Below are positions 48,595 to 58,372 of a stretch of DNA of 64,000 nt, in pieces. Each line of letters opens with the position of its first letter. Positions within the stretch are counted from its first letter, which is position 1. The translations under genes and the position numbers were made by a program. The notes below the pieces were generated by a model. That model saw nothing but the letters and a program-made list of their open reading frames with translations, had not been told where the DNA came from and made no database searches. This stretch comes from an uncultured virus (IMG/VR IMGVR_UViG_3300030419_007499) (taxonomy: Duplodnaviria > Heunggongvirae > Uroviricota > Caudoviricetes), in the IMG/VR virus record IMGVR_UViG_3300030419_007499, positions 1 to 64,000 of that record. One strand, written 5' to 3'.

Positions 48595-49113
48595 ATGAAC
48601 ATTATTCATCGTATATCTAAAGTCGGACTAGTCGCAATTATTGCGTCAGTACTATCAACAGTCGAGGCTGGCCCTAAAAAGGGCAAAGAAAAGCCCGATA
48701 AACCTCGCCCCGAAAAGAAAATTGATAGGGAGAAAGTCAAAGAGCGCTTAAAAGCTGCATTTGACAAGCGCAAAAAGCGCCGCGGAGACGCAAAAAAGAG
48801 AGGTAGCGAGGTTCGAAGCAAAGGCAGAGCATGGGGCAAGCTAGTCAGAAATGACGAGAAAATAAAAGAGCTTAAAAAAGATTTTGAAAAAGCCTCTGAA
48901 AAAATCAAGTTAGGTTTTGACAAGTCAAAGTGGAAAGATGCCACGGACGAACAAAAAGAAGCCTTACGCGAAAAAATGAGAGCTGCTCGTAAAGAGTGGG
49001 AAGTATTAGCTAAAAAGCACAGAGAAGAAGTTCGCAAGCGTATGGTCGAAATCAGAAAAGAATTTGCTAATAAACGCGACAAAGTTATTGATGGCAACAA
49101 GCCAGGAGAATAA
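48595..49113 (+). CDS. Secreted Lys/Arg/Glu-rich helical protein
   Basis: Signal-like hydrophobic N-terminus ending VEA, followed by highly charged coiled-coil sequence. Confidence 0.6.
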   Translation: MNIIHRISKVGLVAIIASVLSTVEAGPKKGKEKPDKPRPEKKIDREKVKERLKAAFDKRKKRRGDAKKRGSEVRSKGRAWGKLVRNDEKIKELKKDFEKASEKIKLGFDKSKWKDATDEQKEALREKMRAARKEWEVLAKKHREEVRKRMVEIRKEFANKRDKVIDGNKPGE

Positions 49114-49116
49114 TAC

Positions 49117-49144
49117 TTGACATATATTGTCAATCTGCTATAAT
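49117..49144 (+). promoter_or_regulatory. sigma70 promoter, leaderless, with palindromic -35 region
   Basis: TTGACA-16-TATAAT with extended TG, 7 nt before the ATG; TTGACA-N5-TGTCAA inverted repeat. Confidence 0.75.
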
Positions 49145-49151
49145 ATTCCGC

Positions 49152-49385
49152 ATGAAAGCATTCTTAAACTATGAGTACATGATTACTCCAGGAGTCCTTA
49201 AGATTCTATCTTACATCGGAATGGTATTAGCAGTCATTATTGGCTTGTTTACCGCGTTTACAGCTGAGCTATTTACTGGACTCGGCACAGCAGTTCTCGG
49301 GCCAATCGTTGTGCGTATTTACGCAGAACTAATGCTTGTTATTTTTGAAGTACATAAAGAACTTAAGAAAATAGCAAATAAGTAG
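49152..49385 (+). CDS. Small two-TM membrane protein (DUF4282-like)
   Basis: FLNYEYMITPGVLKILSYIG...VRIYAELMLVIF pattern. Confidence 0.7.
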   Translation: MKAFLNYEYMITPGVLKILSYIGMVLAVIIGLFTAFTAELFTGLGTAVLGPIVVRIYAELMLVIFEVHKELKKIANK

Positions 49386-49395
49386 TAAAAAATGA

Positions 49396-49424
49396 TTGAC
49401 TATCGGCTGGGTAGTTGGTATAAT
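49396..49424 (+). promoter_or_regulatory. sigma70 promoter for thyX operon
   Basis: TTGACT-17-TATAAT, 9 nt before the ATG. Confidence 0.8.
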
Positions 49425-49433
49425 AACTAGCAC

Positions 49434-50069
49434 ATGAACGTTAGTTTAGTATCAGTTACCCAGCCTTTTCTTTCAGAACTCAAAAGCCCAGAAGACATAA
49501 TTGCGTATTGCGCTAGAGTTTCGAACCCTTCAAACCAATTAAACACAGAAACTGCCCCGAAACTATTAAAATTTTTAGTAAAACATAAACATTGGTCACC
49601 ATTTGAGATGGTGGATATGACCATGGAAATTAAAACAAGCCGAGCTATCGCGGCTCAAGTTTTAAGACACCGTAGCTTTTCTTTTCAAGAATTTAGTCAA
49701 AGATATTCTCAGGCGCAAGTTTTAGAAAAACTAGAATTGCGAAAACAGGCAGAGAAAAACAGGCAAAGCAGTGTTGATAAATACGAAAATCCAGTTTTAC
49801 AAACGAAGGTCAGAGAGCACATAGCCAAAGGAGTCAGCTTATACAATAATTTAATTGAAGACGGAGTAGCAAAAGAGTCTGCAAGAATGATTCTGCCTCT
49901 CACAACAGAAACAACAATGTACATGAAGGGCAGTATAAGAAGTTGGGCTCATTATATAGATTTAAGAACGGAACAAAATACACAAAAAGAACATAGGGAA
50001 ATAGCACAAGCTTGCAAGCAAATTTTTCAAGAAAACTTCCCAGCAGTAAGTGAAGCATTATGGACTTAA
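49434..50069 (+). CDS. thyX: Flavin-dependent thymidylate synthase
   Basis: HWSPFE, RHRSFSFQEFSQRY, ESARMILP, QKEHR motifs. Confidence 0.95.
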   Translation: MNVSLVSVTQPFLSELKSPEDIIAYCARVSNPSNQLNTETAPKLLKFLVKHKHWSPFEMVDMTMEIKTSRAIAAQVLRHRSFSFQEFSQRYSQAQVLEKLELRKQAEKNRQSSVDKYENPVLQTKVREHIAKGVSLYNNLIEDGVAKESARMILPLTTETTMYMKGSIRSWAHYIDLRTEQNTQKEHREIAQACKQIFQENFPAVSEALWT

Positions 50070-50863
50070 AAGAAGAAATAATGTCAGAAATCCATAGATT
50101 ATATGGAAAAGATGGATATCAAGGCGTAGATAATTGGCATTCAGTCAGGAGGGAGCAAGCCTGGAACAATCTACACCTAAAAAAAGAAAAAAAGCAAGAA
50201 ATGTATGAGGCCTTACAGGCTTCAAGAGGGTTAAATTTATCCGCATTAATGTCATTTGAAGAAAATATTAATTTAACAAAAAAAGAAATGAGCCTTCCGT
50301 TTGAAGGCAGAGAACAATTTAGGTTAGATTTACTAGCCACTGCAATAAAGTACGATTCTAAAAACGACATCTGCGTACTAGATGAAGTGGACACTGTCTA
50401 TGAGCTTGGTTTTCGCTGGCCAAGATTATTAAAACACTACCAAGAAGCAGGAAAAAAAGCTGTTGGTTATGATGTAGTAAAATTAAATGTTTTAATAGGG
50501 CAGTACTTAGGATATGATTGTCAATTTCACGATCTATCATCTGATGAGCCTTTATTTTTCGAAGAAAACAGCCTCATAATCGCTTATGACGTTTTTGAGC
50601 ACTTGCCAGATCCGCGCAAGGCAATTAAAAAAGTTTATGATGGAATGCAGGAAAATTCTTTTTTCCACATAGAAGTTCCAACCGAAAGTTTTAATAATAT
50701 TCGCTTGGGTCATTTTTATGCATTTAAAAATGGAGAATTAAGAAAAGTTATAGAAGACTTTGACAAAGGCAGAAGCAGATTTGAGATTTTGCTATCTAAT
50801 CCATATAGACCTCAAGGCATAGCCACCGCAGTCCCCCAATCAATTTTATGCACAAAACCATAA
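50060..50863 (+). CDS. SAM-dependent methyltransferase-like protein
   Basis: VYELG, VGYDV, DVFEHLPDP, HIEVP motifs. Confidence 0.65.
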   Translation: MDLKEEIMSEIHRLYGKDGYQGVDNWHSVRREQAWNNLHLKKEKKQEMYEALQASRGLNLSALMSFEENINLTKKEMSLPFEGREQFRLDLLATAIKYDSKNDICVLDEVDTVYELGFRWPRLLKHYQEAGKKAVGYDVVKLNVLIGQYLGYDCQFHDLSSDEPLFFEENSLIIAYDVFEHLPDPRKAIKKVYDGMQENSFFHIEVPTESFNNIRLGHFYAFKNGELRKVIEDFDKGRSRFEILLSNPYRPQGIATAVPQSILCTKP

Positions 50864-50866
50864 TAT

Positions 50867-51922
50867 ATGAATAATCAACCCAAAAAAACACTAATAACAG
50901 GAATACTCGGCCAAGATGGAGCAAACATGGCTGAGTACTTATTGTCTCTCGACGAACAAATAGAAGTTTACGGAATGATGCGTAGATCATCGAACGTAAA
51001 CGAAACTAACATACTATCGTTTAAAGATAACCCAAGATTTTCTTTGGTATATGGAGATTTAACAGATGAAATATCTGTAGATAGGCTCGTCAAAGATATA
51101 CAGCCAGATTATTTTATTAATTTTGGCGCAAATTCATTTGTTGGTTGTAGCTGGGACATGCCCTTACAAGTCTTCGATGTAAACACGCTTGGAGTGATTA
51201 GAGCCCTCGAGGCAATTAGAAAATTTAAACCTGATTGTAGATTTTATAGTGCAGGAAGCTCTGAAGAGCTTGGAGACGTTGATTATTCACCACAAGACAT
51301 AAACCACCCAATCAAGCCAAGAAGTCCATACGGAGCATCTAAAGCCGCAGCAAGGCACATTGTAAAAGTATACAGAGAATCTTATAGCTTATATGCGATA
51401 CATAGCATACTATTCAACCACGAAGGGCTACGTCGTGGAGAGGAGTTTGTTACGCGCAAAATTACAAAAGCTGTAGCAAAAATAGCCACCGCAATAGCGA
51501 ATAACGAAGATTTTGAGCCTATAAAATTAGGAAATGTAAATTCACAAAGAGATTGGTCGGACTCCGAAGACTTTGTAAAAGCTATCTGGCTAATGCTTAA
51601 TCAAGAACAGCCAAAAGAATATGTTTTATCAAGCAATGAAACGCATAGCATTAGAGAATTTGTCGAAAAGGCATTTGGATATGCTTACATATCTGGAGAT
51701 TGGCACGGCGAAGGCCTTGATGAAAAGTTCTTACATGAAGGCAACAACGTTCCACTAGTTGAAATTAGTAAAGACTTTTATCGCCCAGCTGAAGTGGAAC
51801 TACTTTATGGAGACTCTACTCCCGCAAGGAGAGAACTCAAGTGGGCACCAGAAGTTTCTTTTGACAATTTAGTGCAGCGTATGGTAGAATATGACTTGGA
51901 ATTAGAGCATGCCAAAAGGTAG
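50867..51922 (+). CDS. gmd: GDP-mannose 4,6-dehydratase
   Basis: LITGILGQDG, PRSPYGASK, LFNHE..RRGEEFVTRKIT, RDW, YRPAEVELL motifs. Confidence 0.95.
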   Translation: MNNQPKKTLITGILGQDGANMAEYLLSLDEQIEVYGMMRRSSNVNETNILSFKDNPRFSLVYGDLTDEISVDRLVKDIQPDYFINFGANSFVGCSWDMPLQVFDVNTLGVIRALEAIRKFKPDCRFYSAGSSEELGDVDYSPQDINHPIKPRSPYGASKAAARHIVKVYRESYSLYAIHSILFNHEGLRRGEEFVTRKITKAVAKIATAIANNEDFEPIKLGNVNSQRDWSDSEDFVKAIWLMLNQEQPKEYVLSSNETHSIREFVEKAFGYAYISGDWHGEGLDEKFLHEGNNVPLVEISKDFYRPAEVELLYGDSTPARRELKWAPEVSFDNLVQRMVEYDLELEHAKR

Positions 51923-52274
51923 AAAAAAAACATTCGAGCAAAAACTAATTGAAAAATTAGTAGTTTGCCCACATCCAAACTCTCCAAGCTCTGAGATCAA
52001 CTCATTTTGGGGCAGGGAGATGAAGATACTGAAGTCAGTTTTACAACAATTTCCAAATAAAGAGTTTTGGGAAAAAGTAACATTTGAAAAAAAATTCAAA
52101 AGTTTGGCTACAGTTTTAGGAGATGTTGGAAAAATTTTCATAAAGAGAAAATACAGTGAGTTTCATTATAAGCCTAAGGAATTTAATATGCCAAAAATTT
52201 ATGATGAGACTTTTGGAGAGGATTTAGAAATAGAAAAGAAAAAAAGATCAATAAAGGATTATTTTAATGAGTAA
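51909..52274 (+). CDS. Hypothetical protein
   Basis: Intact basic ORF overlapping both neighbours in the operon. Confidence 0.55.
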   Translation: MPKGRKKTFEQKLIEKLVVCPHPNSPSSEINSFWGREMKILKSVLQQFPNKEFWEKVTFEKKFKSLATVLGDVGKIFIKRKYSEFHYKPKEFNMPKIYDETFGEDLEIEKKKRSIKDYFNE

Positions 52275-53361
52275 AGACGTATTAACAGCAGAAGAACAGA
52301 TTGAGAGTTTTTTAAATGATAAAAAAAATCGACAGTACCACTATAACCACCTAAAAGAAGAAGATTATAAGATTTCTTCTGGCAGTCTTAATTTGGACTT
52401 AGCTATGGATGGTGGTCTAGGCTGTGGAATACACAGGTTCACAGGAGTTAATGAGGGCGGGAAAACTAGTTGCGCATTAGCTTTTGCAAAGCACTTTCAA
52501 AGTCACTTTGGAGACATAGGAAAGATAATTTACTTTAAAGCCGAGGGAAGATTATCAAGCGATATGGTAAAAAGAGCAGGAGTAAACACTGACGAGAGAA
52601 ACTGGTGCGTTATTGCTTGTAATATTTTTGAGAAAGTTTTTGATCTCATTCGTGACTTAGTTCAAAACAATCAAGAAAAGCGTAAGTATATGTTCATAAT
52701 AGACAGTATGGATGGTTTATGTCGCCAAGCAGATTATGACAAAGCTTTTGGAGATGCAGAACAAGTTGCGGGAGGAAGTTTAATATCTTCAGTTTTTCTT
52801 AAAAAACAATCGCTACCAATAGCTATGAACGGACATATCGCAATCATAACAAGTCAAGTTCGCGTAGAGATACCTACTGGTTTTAGCAGGACTGGAGCTA
52901 AGCCAAAATCTGCTGGAGGACACGCGGTTAAGCATTATGCCAACAATATATTAGAATTTGAAGAAAGATACAACGCTGACATTTTCTGGGAGAATCCAAA
53001 TGCAGAAACGGCAGATAAAAAAGGAAACCCAACTGGACACACATGCAAAATAACTTTCAAAAAGAGCGTGAACGAAAAAACTGGGGCAAAAGTTAGATAT
53101 CCAATTAAGTACGGAAGAAGCAACGGAAATTCAATATGGATCGAAAGAGAACTTATAGATATGATGCTTCTTTGGGGATACTTCGACAAAAGCGGGGCAT
53201 GGATTAAGTTCTCAGAAGATATTTATGAAAAATACAAAGATCTAGGATTACCAGAAAAAATACAAGGAGAACCCAAACTATTAAATCTTTTACAAGAGAA
53301 CAAAGAGTTGTCTAAAGCTTTAATTGACGAGTTTAAAGAAGATATTTTAAAAAATGAATAA
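52267..53361 (+). CDS. recA: RecA/UvsX-like recombinase
   Basis: ISSGSLNLDLAM, GVNEGGKT Walker A, IIDS Walker B, SQVR, GGHAVKHYA, KSGAW. Confidence 0.9.
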   Translation: MSKDVLTAEEQIESFLNDKKNRQYHYNHLKEEDYKISSGSLNLDLAMDGGLGCGIHRFTGVNEGGKTSCALAFAKHFQSHFGDIGKIIYFKAEGRLSSDMVKRAGVNTDERNWCVIACNIFEKVFDLIRDLVQNNQEKRKYMFIIDSMDGLCRQADYDKAFGDAEQVAGGSLISSVFLKKQSLPIAMNGHIAIITSQVRVEIPTGFSRTGAKPKSAGGHAVKHYANNILEFEERYNADIFWENPNAETADKKGNPTGHTCKITFKKSVNEKTGAKVRYPIKYGRSNGNSIWIERELIDMMLLWGYFDKSGAWIKFSEDIYEKYKDLGLPEKIQGEPKLLNLLQENKELSKALIDEFKEDILKNE

Positions 53362-54016
53362 CCTCCAAAGACATGATTTGTTTATTTCATCTGTTTGGAC
53401 TAAAAAAATTCCCGACTCTCAAGAAATTAATAAAAATTTATTAAAAGATATATTTGAGAATAAATCAGAAAGCTCTGATCCAAATGTGTACGGAGGAAGA
53501 GAGACTGCCTTAAAATCAACAGAGCACCTTACTAAACTTTTTAATTACGCTGAATTGTTAGCTAAAGAAATTGCTGATTTTATGGGGGTTATCAGCGAAA
53601 CAGGAAGGCGACCAGAGGTTTCTTGTTTTTGGGGAAATATAAATAAAGAAAAAGAATTTAATCCACCACATGTTCACGCGAACAGCAGTTTATCTGGAGC
53701 TTATTATGTAAAAGTGCCAGATAGTGCTGAGCAAACTGAAGATCAATGCGTGCCAGCGGGGAATATTTGTTTTCACGATACTAGATTGGAAAAGTGTGCA
53801 ACAACACCTCTTTACGAAGAGAGTTTAGGATACTTAGATTTAGCCAATTATTCTTTTCAAAAGGGTAAAAAACACAATCCTTGGCTAGATAATGTCGCTA
53901 AATTTAAGCCAGAAGAAGGATTAATGATAATCTTTCCATCATGGCTTTTACATTATGTAGAGCCAAACTTATCAAGCGAAGACAGAATCGCTATATCTTT
54001 TAATATTTCTTTTTAA
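53354..54016 (+). CDS. Putative 2OG-Fe(II) oxygenase (TIGR02466-like)
   Basis: HVHANSSLSGAYYV, IFPSWLLHYVEPN, RIAISFN motifs. Confidence 0.8.
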   Translation: MNNLQRHDLFISSVWTKKIPDSQEINKNLLKDIFENKSESSDPNVYGGRETALKSTEHLTKLFNYAELLAKEIADFMGVISETGRRPEVSCFWGNINKEKEFNPPHVHANSSLSGAYYVKVPDSAEQTEDQCVPAGNICFHDTRLEKCATTPLYEESLGYLDLANYSFQKGKKHNPWLDNVAKFKPEEGLMIIFPSWLLHYVEPNLSSEDRIAISFNISF

Positions 54017-54020
54017 TAAA

Positions 54021-54431
54021 ATGGAATTTAAAACAATATCTGGCTCAATCAAACGAGTCAAAAATATAAGAAAAAGAATCATAGACTGGGACTCGCCCAG
54101 TAAAAGTAAACGACAAAGAGAAGTAAAAAAATTTTTAAAAAAATTCTGGCAGAGCCATGTTGTCTTTGAAGAATTTCCAGTTGCAGGCACTAGGCTCAGC
54201 ATTGACTTTTACAACGCTAATAAAAGAATAGCCATAGAAGTTCAAGGATCGCAACATACAAAGTATAATAAATTTTTTCATGGAGGTCATAAAAACAACT
54301 ATTTAGAACAACTTAAAAGAGATGAAATAAAATTTAAATTTTGTGAATTAAATGAAATTTCATTAATCGAGATATATGATTCAGATGAAATTAACCTTTC
54401 TTTATTTAAAAAGTTTGACATCACACTATAA
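54021..54431 (+). CDS. PD-(D/E)xK endonuclease (DUF559/Vsr-like)
   Basis: DFYNANKRIAIEVQGSQH...RDEIK motifs. Confidence 0.75.
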   Translation: MEFKTISGSIKRVKNIRKRIIDWDSPSKSKRQREVKKFLKKFWQSHVVFEEFPVAGTRLSIDFYNANKRIAIEVQGSQHTKYNKFFHGGHKNNYLEQLKRDEIKFKFCELNEISLIEIYDSDEINLSLFKKFDITL

Positions 54432-54449
54432 ATAGTGTAAAATATATGT

Positions 54450-54719
54450 ATGAACGCAGAAGATATTGATCCAGATAATTTGCCACTATTTCAAATACCA
54501 GAGTCTTTTTTGAAAAAAATTTTCGAATTGACTGGAAGTGGCTCTGAAGGCAGGGGATTTGTGTTGTCTTATGTGGCGCAAGACGGCAGACCATTAGTTT
54601 ATGCAAGAGCGGACACACAAATAATTGAAATGGGCCTTCGTAAAACCTTAGAAAAATATTTGGCAGAAGTAGAAAGAGCCGAAGATGCGCAAAATTTAAA
54701 TTCAGAAAACGAAGAATAA
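54450..54719 (+). CDS. Hypothetical protein
   Basis: Intact acidic 89-aa ORF with upstream GTGTAA box. Confidence 0.55.
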   Translation: MNAEDIDPDNLPLFQIPESFLKKIFELTGSGSEGRGFVLSYVAQDGRPLVYARADTQIIEMGLRKTLEKYLAEVERAEDAQNLNSENEE

Positions 54720-54722
54720 GTC

Positions 54723-54751
54723 TTGACGGTAGCTAAAATTTAGTCTATAAT
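54723..54751 (+). promoter_or_regulatory. sigma70 promoter, leaderless, for dnaB
   Basis: TTGACG-17-TATAAT, 6 nt before the ATG. Confidence 0.8.
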
Positions 54752-54757
54752 CAGTTC

Positions 54758-56248
54758 ATGATTTTTTCGCTAGAGCTAGAAAGACAATTGCTTGCTGGTT
54801 TAATTAAATACCCTCACAAATATTCGGATATTTCAACACTTACTACTTCCGAGGATTTTTATTCAGAAGATTCAGTTGTTCATAAAACAATCTTTAATAC
54901 TCTCGCCCAAGCTATAGAAAATGGCGAAAATGTAAATGAGGCTACGGTCGCCCACAGAGTATTATCTTTAGGGATTTCGTTTGAAGATAATATAGGTATC
55001 GGCGATTATATTAATTCTTTAGGATTAATAAAAATAAGCGAAAACTCTATTTTACATGTAGCAAAAGAATTAAAAAAGATGACCGTAAGAAGGCAGCTTG
55101 CTTCTTGTGGAGAGAGAATTTCAAAAACCATGCATAAACTAGATTCTTCGGAATCTTTTAATGACATAGTGTCTAAAGCCGATAAGCTTTACAACGGACA
55201 AGTTAATTTATATGATGTTGGCGATAGAAAGCCAGAAAACATTTTTGATGAAATGAAAGAATGGATTGAGTTTAGGGGGGAAAATCCAATTGAAGAGTTT
55301 GGCATGATGGGACCTCATAAAAGAGTCAATGAACTATATGGCTCTTTATTGAGGCCTGGCAATATTACAGTAATATGCGCCCGAGCTGGAGTTGGAAAAA
55401 CGCAATTCTGCATGGACTTTGCAACAAAAATAAGCGCAGATTATAGTGTTCCAGTTCTACATTTTGACAATGGAGAAATGAGTAAAGAAGAATTGATAGT
55501 GAGGCAATGTGCTGCATTATCAAAAATACCAGTTCATCTACTTGAAACAGGCTTGTGGCGCCAAGCTGGCAACGATATAGTTAAAAAAGTAAGAGAAGTC
55601 TGGAATAAAGTTAAGGACATGAAGTTTTTCTATTACAATGTTGCGGGAATGAGCTCGGAAGATATGATCAACTTATTAAAAAGATTTTATTTTTCCGAAG
55701 TTGGCAGAGGAAAGCAAATGATATTTTCTTTTGATTATATTAAAACCACTTCCGAGTCAAACGAAAAAAACAGATCCGAATGGGAGCTAGTTGGGAACAT
55801 GGTTCAAAGATTTAAAGATTGTATTCATAGAGATATAAAGTTCGATGGAGAGCCAGTAATATCTATGATTACAAGTGTTCAAAGCAATCGACAGGGAATT
55901 GTGAACAATCGTCGTGCAGAAAATATTGTTGATGATGAATCTATATTTTCTTTGTCAGATCGAATTATTCAGTTTGCATCACACGCATTTATATTACGCA
56001 AAAAGACTGAAGATGAAATGGAACAAGAACCAAATTTTGGTACCCACAAGTTTAAATGTGTTAAGTATAGGCATCTTGGACAAGATGTAAACGGCGCGGT
56101 TAATCCAATTAGAATGCCAGACGGTTCGTTACAACAAAATTATATTCATCTTGATTTTAATAATTTTCACATTACAGAAAAAGGCGATCTCCGAGACTTA
56201 GTGAGATACCTAAACCAAAACCCACAAATTGTCGAAGATGGAAACTAA
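54758..56248 (+). CDS. dnaB: Replicative DNA helicase
   Basis: ERQLLAGL..EDFY..HKTIF N-domain, ARAGVGKT Walker A, EMSKEE, DYI, QSNR. Confidence 0.9.
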   Translation: MIFSLELERQLLAGLIKYPHKYSDISTLTTSEDFYSEDSVVHKTIFNTLAQAIENGENVNEATVAHRVLSLGISFEDNIGIGDYINSLGLIKISENSILHVAKELKKMTVRRQLASCGERISKTMHKLDSSESFNDIVSKADKLYNGQVNLYDVGDRKPENIFDEMKEWIEFRGENPIEEFGMMGPHKRVNELYGSLLRPGNITVICARAGVGKTQFCMDFATKISADYSVPVLHFDNGEMSKEELIVRQCAALSKIPVHLLETGLWRQAGNDIVKKVREVWNKVKDMKFFYYNVAGMSSEDMINLLKRFYFSEVGRGKQMIFSFDYIKTTSESNEKNRSEWELVGNMVQRFKDCIHRDIKFDGEPVISMITSVQSNRQGIVNNRRAENIVDDESIFSLSDRIIQFASHAFILRKKTEDEMEQEPNFGTHKFKCVKYRHLGQDVNGAVNPIRMPDGSLQQNYIHLDFNNFHITEKGDLRDLVRYLNQNPQIVEDGN

Positions 56249-57293
56249 CACCACAGATGTTAAATCAGTCCTAGAAAAATTAGGCTATAGATTGTCCGAC
56301 TTTGGAGATTCATGGCGCACAAGCGCATTATATAGAGGCGGAGATAATCCAACTGCTTTAAAAATATATAAAAACTCAGGAGTCTGGACAGATTATGTAG
56401 ATGGCAATAAGAGTATGCCGTTAGCGGCATTAGTGCAAAAAACTTTAGGAACAACTGATACGAAAATAATAAGCGAATACATTAACACAGAAAAAGATAA
56501 TAATTTTACATATAATAAAAGGAGCTCGAAAATACAAATGGAAGAAACTTACCCAGAAGAAGTATTAGACAGGTTATTACCTCATTATAAATTTTATAAT
56601 TCAAAAAAGATTAGCGACGAAACACTAAAATTTTATAAATGTGGCTTAGCAACCACAGGCGCAATGAATAATAGGTATGTTTTTCCAATATACAATGATG
56701 CGGGCAAAATATGTGGATTTTCTGGTAGGAACGCCTCCAACAATGTTAATCGCGCAAAATGGAAACACATGGGCAGAAAGACTAACTGGAGCTATCCTCT
56801 TTACCTCGGCGCAGGAGCAAAGTTAGAAATACTAGAGTCCATAGATCAAAAAAAAGAAGTTATCCTTGTTGAGAGTATTGGAGACTCAATGGCCTTGTTT
56901 GAAAATGGTTATAAAAATAACTTAGTAACTTTTGGGCTAGATGCTTCTCCAAAATTAATGACGACTTTAATTACGCTAAATCCAGAAAAAATTATTATTG
57001 CTACAAATAATGATTCGTCATCAGACAAAAACCGCGGACTAGAAAGCGCAGTTAAAATCTTTATAAAACTATTAAAATATTTTGACATTAACTCTTTAAT
57101 CATAAAACCCCCAAGCAGAAATGATTTTGGAGCCATGCAGGAACTAGAAATAAGCTTTGATAATTGGTATAATAGATCTCCAGACAAAAATAAAATGTAT
57201 AAATACATATTAAATTGTGCACAAAAATTTGGTAAAACAGTTTTTTCTCCAACGAAGCAAAAGCTTATTGAATCTAGAATCCTAAATGAATAA
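56238..57293 (+). CDS. dnaG: DNA primase (Toprim) with degenerate zinc-binding domain
   Basis: RYVFPIY..GKICGFSGR, VILVESIGD, TNND motifs; ATG at 56238. Confidence 0.85.
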   Translation: METNTTDVKSVLEKLGYRLSDFGDSWRTSALYRGGDNPTALKIYKNSGVWTDYVDGNKSMPLAALVQKTLGTTDTKIISEYINTEKDNNFTYNKRSSKIQMEETYPEEVLDRLLPHYKFYNSKKISDETLKFYKCGLATTGAMNNRYVFPIYNDAGKICGFSGRNASNNVNRAKWKHMGRKTNWSYPLYLGAGAKLEILESIDQKKEVILVESIGDSMALFENGYKNNLVTFGLDASPKLMTTLITLNPEKIIIATNNDSSSDKNRGLESAVKIFIKLLKYFDINSLIIKPPSRNDFGAMQELEISFDNWYNRSPDKNKMYKYILNCAQKFGKTVFSPTKQKLIESRILNE

Positions 57294-58335
57294 ACTTTCT
57301 GCAAGCAGAATTAAAGTCGCCCAAACTTGTTCTTGGCAGTATTGGGCTAAGTATATATTAAAGCTACCAGACAAATCAAACGACGGCGCTAAAAGGGGAA
57401 GTATATGCCATTTAGTATTTGAATGCCTAGGAAATCCTAGGCATAAAAAACATTATACAAAAATTTTAAAAAATAAAAATATATTTGCGTCAAGAGCGGT
57501 AGAGAGATTAGTCATGAGACATGCGGTTAGAGAGAAAGTCGACGATAAGGAGAATATCTCTTTGATTAAAGATATGACACTAAATGGCCTACAATATGAT
57601 TTCTTCGGAAAAGAAAACGGAAAGCCGACCGAATCAATTTCAGAAAAAGAATTTAATATAAAGATAGATAAGGATGGGAAAAAATATGCGATTAGAGGCT
57701 TTATAGATAAGTTGTTCTTGTACAAGAGAAAAAGCTTAGCAATAATTCGTGACTTCAAGAGTAGTAAACAAATATTCAAAGGCAAAGAAGTTACAAACAA
57801 CTTACAAGACTTAATGTATTGTCTTGCGGTTAAGCACTTATATCCAGATTACTTAAAAAGGCGCTCTGAATTTGTCTTTTTGAAGTTTGATCTTTCTAAA
57901 GATATGTTTGGAAAGGCTGGAAAAGGGCTATTAGAAATGAGCGCTATTGATGGAGACGAGCTAGAAGGATTTGAATATGAACTTACCGAAATACAAAAAT
58001 ATTTAGATAATTTTAACATTGCCTGTGCGAAAAGCAGTTTTGCTGCAGACCAAGATTATCCAAAAGACGGAACTTTTGGCGGACCATTAGTATGCGGAAA
58101 GGAGGGACATAAAAAGCGCAGAGGAGAGTTTTTGTTAGATGCTCAAGGGAGCAAAATAGAAAATTACATTTGTCCCGTTCGAAAACCAATGGAGTATTAT
58201 GTTTTGTTAGACAAAGATGGAAAAATCTTAGCTTCAAGTTTTAAAAAAGATAAAAAAAACTTGCAACTTAAAAAACAAAAAGGCCAAAGAATAGAACTCA
58301 GAAAATACGGCGGCTGTCCCAGATGGGAAAAATAG
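57286..58335 (+). CDS. PD-(D/E)xK exonuclease (RecB/AddB/Cas4-like)
   Basis: LSASRI..C, RGSICH, E..F, RGFIDK, IRDFKSS, QDLMY motifs. Confidence 0.85.
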   Translation: MNKLSASRIKVAQTCSWQYWAKYILKLPDKSNDGAKRGSICHLVFECLGNPRHKKHYTKILKNKNIFASRAVERLVMRHAVREKVDDKENISLIKDMTLNGLQYDFFGKENGKPTESISEKEFNIKIDKDGKKYAIRGFIDKLFLYKRKSLAIIRDFKSSKQIFKGKEVTNNLQDLMYCLAVKHLYPDYLKRRSEFVFLKFDLSKDMFGKAGKGLLEMSAIDGDELEGFEYELTEIQKYLDNFNIACAKSSFAADQDYPKDGTFGGPLVCGKEGHKKRRGEFLLDAQGSKIENYICPVRKPMEYYVLLDKDGKILASSFKKDKKNLQLKKQKGQRIELRKYGGCPRWEK

Positions 58336-58337
58336 TA

Positions 58338-58366
58338 TTGACTTCAATTGTTATTTGTGGTAACAT
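58338..58366 (+). promoter_or_regulatory. sigma70 promoter, leaderless, for PHP gene
   Basis: TTGACT-17-TAACAT with extended TG, 6 nt before the ATG. Confidence 0.7.
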
Positions 58367-58372
58367 ATTCTT

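Noticed and set aside
48606..49133. 175-aa antisense ORF and the other short opposite-strand ORFs in the track
   Set aside because: They are shadows of well-supported genes (Ser/Phe/Leu-rich mirror composition) with no promoters or motifs
57286..58335. Cas4 as part of a CRISPR system
   Set aside because: No cas1/cas2 or array; the replication-cluster context fits a phage recombination exonuclease
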